From Pseudovirgaria hyperparasitica (lineage: Eukaryota): a stretch of DNA of 64,000 nucleotides. Made by a program: the position numbers and the translations under genes. The notes beneath the pieces are model-generated. The model did no database searches, was not told the DNA's origin, and was given only the letters and a program-made list of their open reading frames with translations. The first letter of the stretch is position 1. Each line of letters starts with the position of its first letter. Positions 62,960 through 64,000 of the stretch are shown one piece after another. The DNA is taken from assembly GCA_010093815.1 (NCBI GenBank), contig ML996572.1; one strand, written 5' to 3'.

Positions 62960-64000
62960 ATGCGGAACATTACATGCCATACTATACTCGCTCTTGGGGC
63001 ACTGAGTCCTCTATGTCTTGCTCGAACCTGCGAAACCATCATTATTCCTATCAGTGCGACTGCACAGAACAGAGTGCTTCCGGAGTCTCTCACAATTTCG
63101 TCTTTTACATCAGAGCTCCTCTCTTCGATACCCAACATACCGCCGACTACAGTCTCTGCTCCAGTGAACATCAGCGCAGTATACTGCACTCCGTCACCCA
63201 ATCCTCGCTCTTCCACTCTACAGATTCTCGTACATGGAGTCACCTACACGTCTAGCTACTGGGATGGTCTTGACACTGGCGATGGCACCTACTCCTGGAC
63301 ATCTTACGCCAACACCCAGGGTTACGCGACCCTCGCCATCGACCGCCCATGCAACGGAGCGTCCACTCGTCTGCAAAGCATCGCCGAATGCCAGATTCCT
63401 CTGAACGCAGATGTCGTCCACCACCTCGTACAAGCTGCTCGAGGTGGCACTCTCCCTCTGTCTACACCACGCACATTCAACAGCATCATCATCGTTGGTC
63501 ACTCCCTCGGCAGCGTCATTTCAAACTTTCATGGCCAAATATATCCAAACGATGCAGACGCGTATGTCCTCACTGGTTTCTCACCCGTCCTCGTAAATGG
63601 CCTTCCGGCTATACTGGGCATTGGCTTGACACCTGCGTCGGCTGGTCTTCATGTGGGATATGTCAAGATCGGCTTCGAGGCCGGCCAGAGGTTTATGTTT
63701 TATCATGGCCAATACAGCACCTCGCTCCAGCATGCCGACTTTCTTCGTGGCGGTACATTGGCCCTAGGTGAGGCGGCGACGGGGTTATTAGGACAATTGC
63801 CTGTTCCTGCGTACACAGGAGCTGTGTTCGTACTCAATGGGAACGAAGATACGGTGTTTTGTCAGCTTCTGCCTGTCGGCAGTTTGCTGGGAATGATGGG
63901 ACATTGCGATGCTGGGCCGAGTCAGGGAGTGCAAGCTTTATATCCAAACGCAAGGGCTTTCAGTTTGTTCGATGTTCAGAATACCGGGCATTGTTTGAAT
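62960..64000 (+). CDS. Secreted alpha/beta-hydrolase, runs off the window end
   Basis: Absent from the ORF track because it has no stop in the window. MRNITCHTILALGALSPLCLA signal, LQILVHGVTYTSSYW, GYATLAIDR, nucleophile VGHSLGS, late TGHCLN. Confidence 0.9.
   Translation, partial: MRNITCHTILALGALSPLCLARTCETIIIPISATAQNRVLPESLTISSFTSELLSSIPNIPPTTVSAPVNISAVYCTPSPNPRSSTLQILVHGVTYTSSYWDGLDTGDGTYSWTSYANTQGYATLAIDRPCNGASTRLQSIAECQIPLNADVVHHLVQAARGGTLPLSTPRTFNSIIIVGHSLGSVISNFHGQIYPNDADAYVLTGFSPVLVNGLPAILGIGLTPASAGLHVGYVKIGFEAGQRFMFYHGQYSTSLQHADFLRGGTLALGEAATGLLGQLPVPAYTGAVFVLNGNEDTVFCQLLPVGSLLGMMGHCDAGPSQGVQALYPNARAFSLFDVQNTGHCLN

Overview
Eukaryotic, intron-containing DNA from a filamentous ascomycete (Pezizomycotina; GT-AG introns with CTAAC/CTGAC branch sites, RIP-type TA enrichment). 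About 22 ordinary protein-coding genes can be supported, including a sterol O-acyltransferase 3' end, RPS3, myotubularin, GH5 glucanase, a HET-domain gene, F-box/WD40, KH RNA-binding protein, yippee, DnaJ-TPR, HUT1, a Zn2Cys6 factor and an Ark1/Prk1 kinase. The accessory DNA is the more interesting part. (1) A complete 3,389-bp DNA transposon (13589-16977) has 115-bp TIRs, a DD34E IS630/Tc1-type transposase and a second, convergent, RIP-inactivated gene of about 586 codons with a Cys3-His motif; its outer termini lack the TA duplication normal for this superfamily. (2) A RIP-eroded island (about 25.4-29.65 kb) holds a GIY-YIG-like nuclease pseudogene and an intact orphan ORF between two AT-rich tracts. 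(3) A compact, highly base-paired non-coding element near 48.2 kb resembles a LINE 3' end. Exon boundaries and family names were read by eye and from memory of motifs; no database searches were run.
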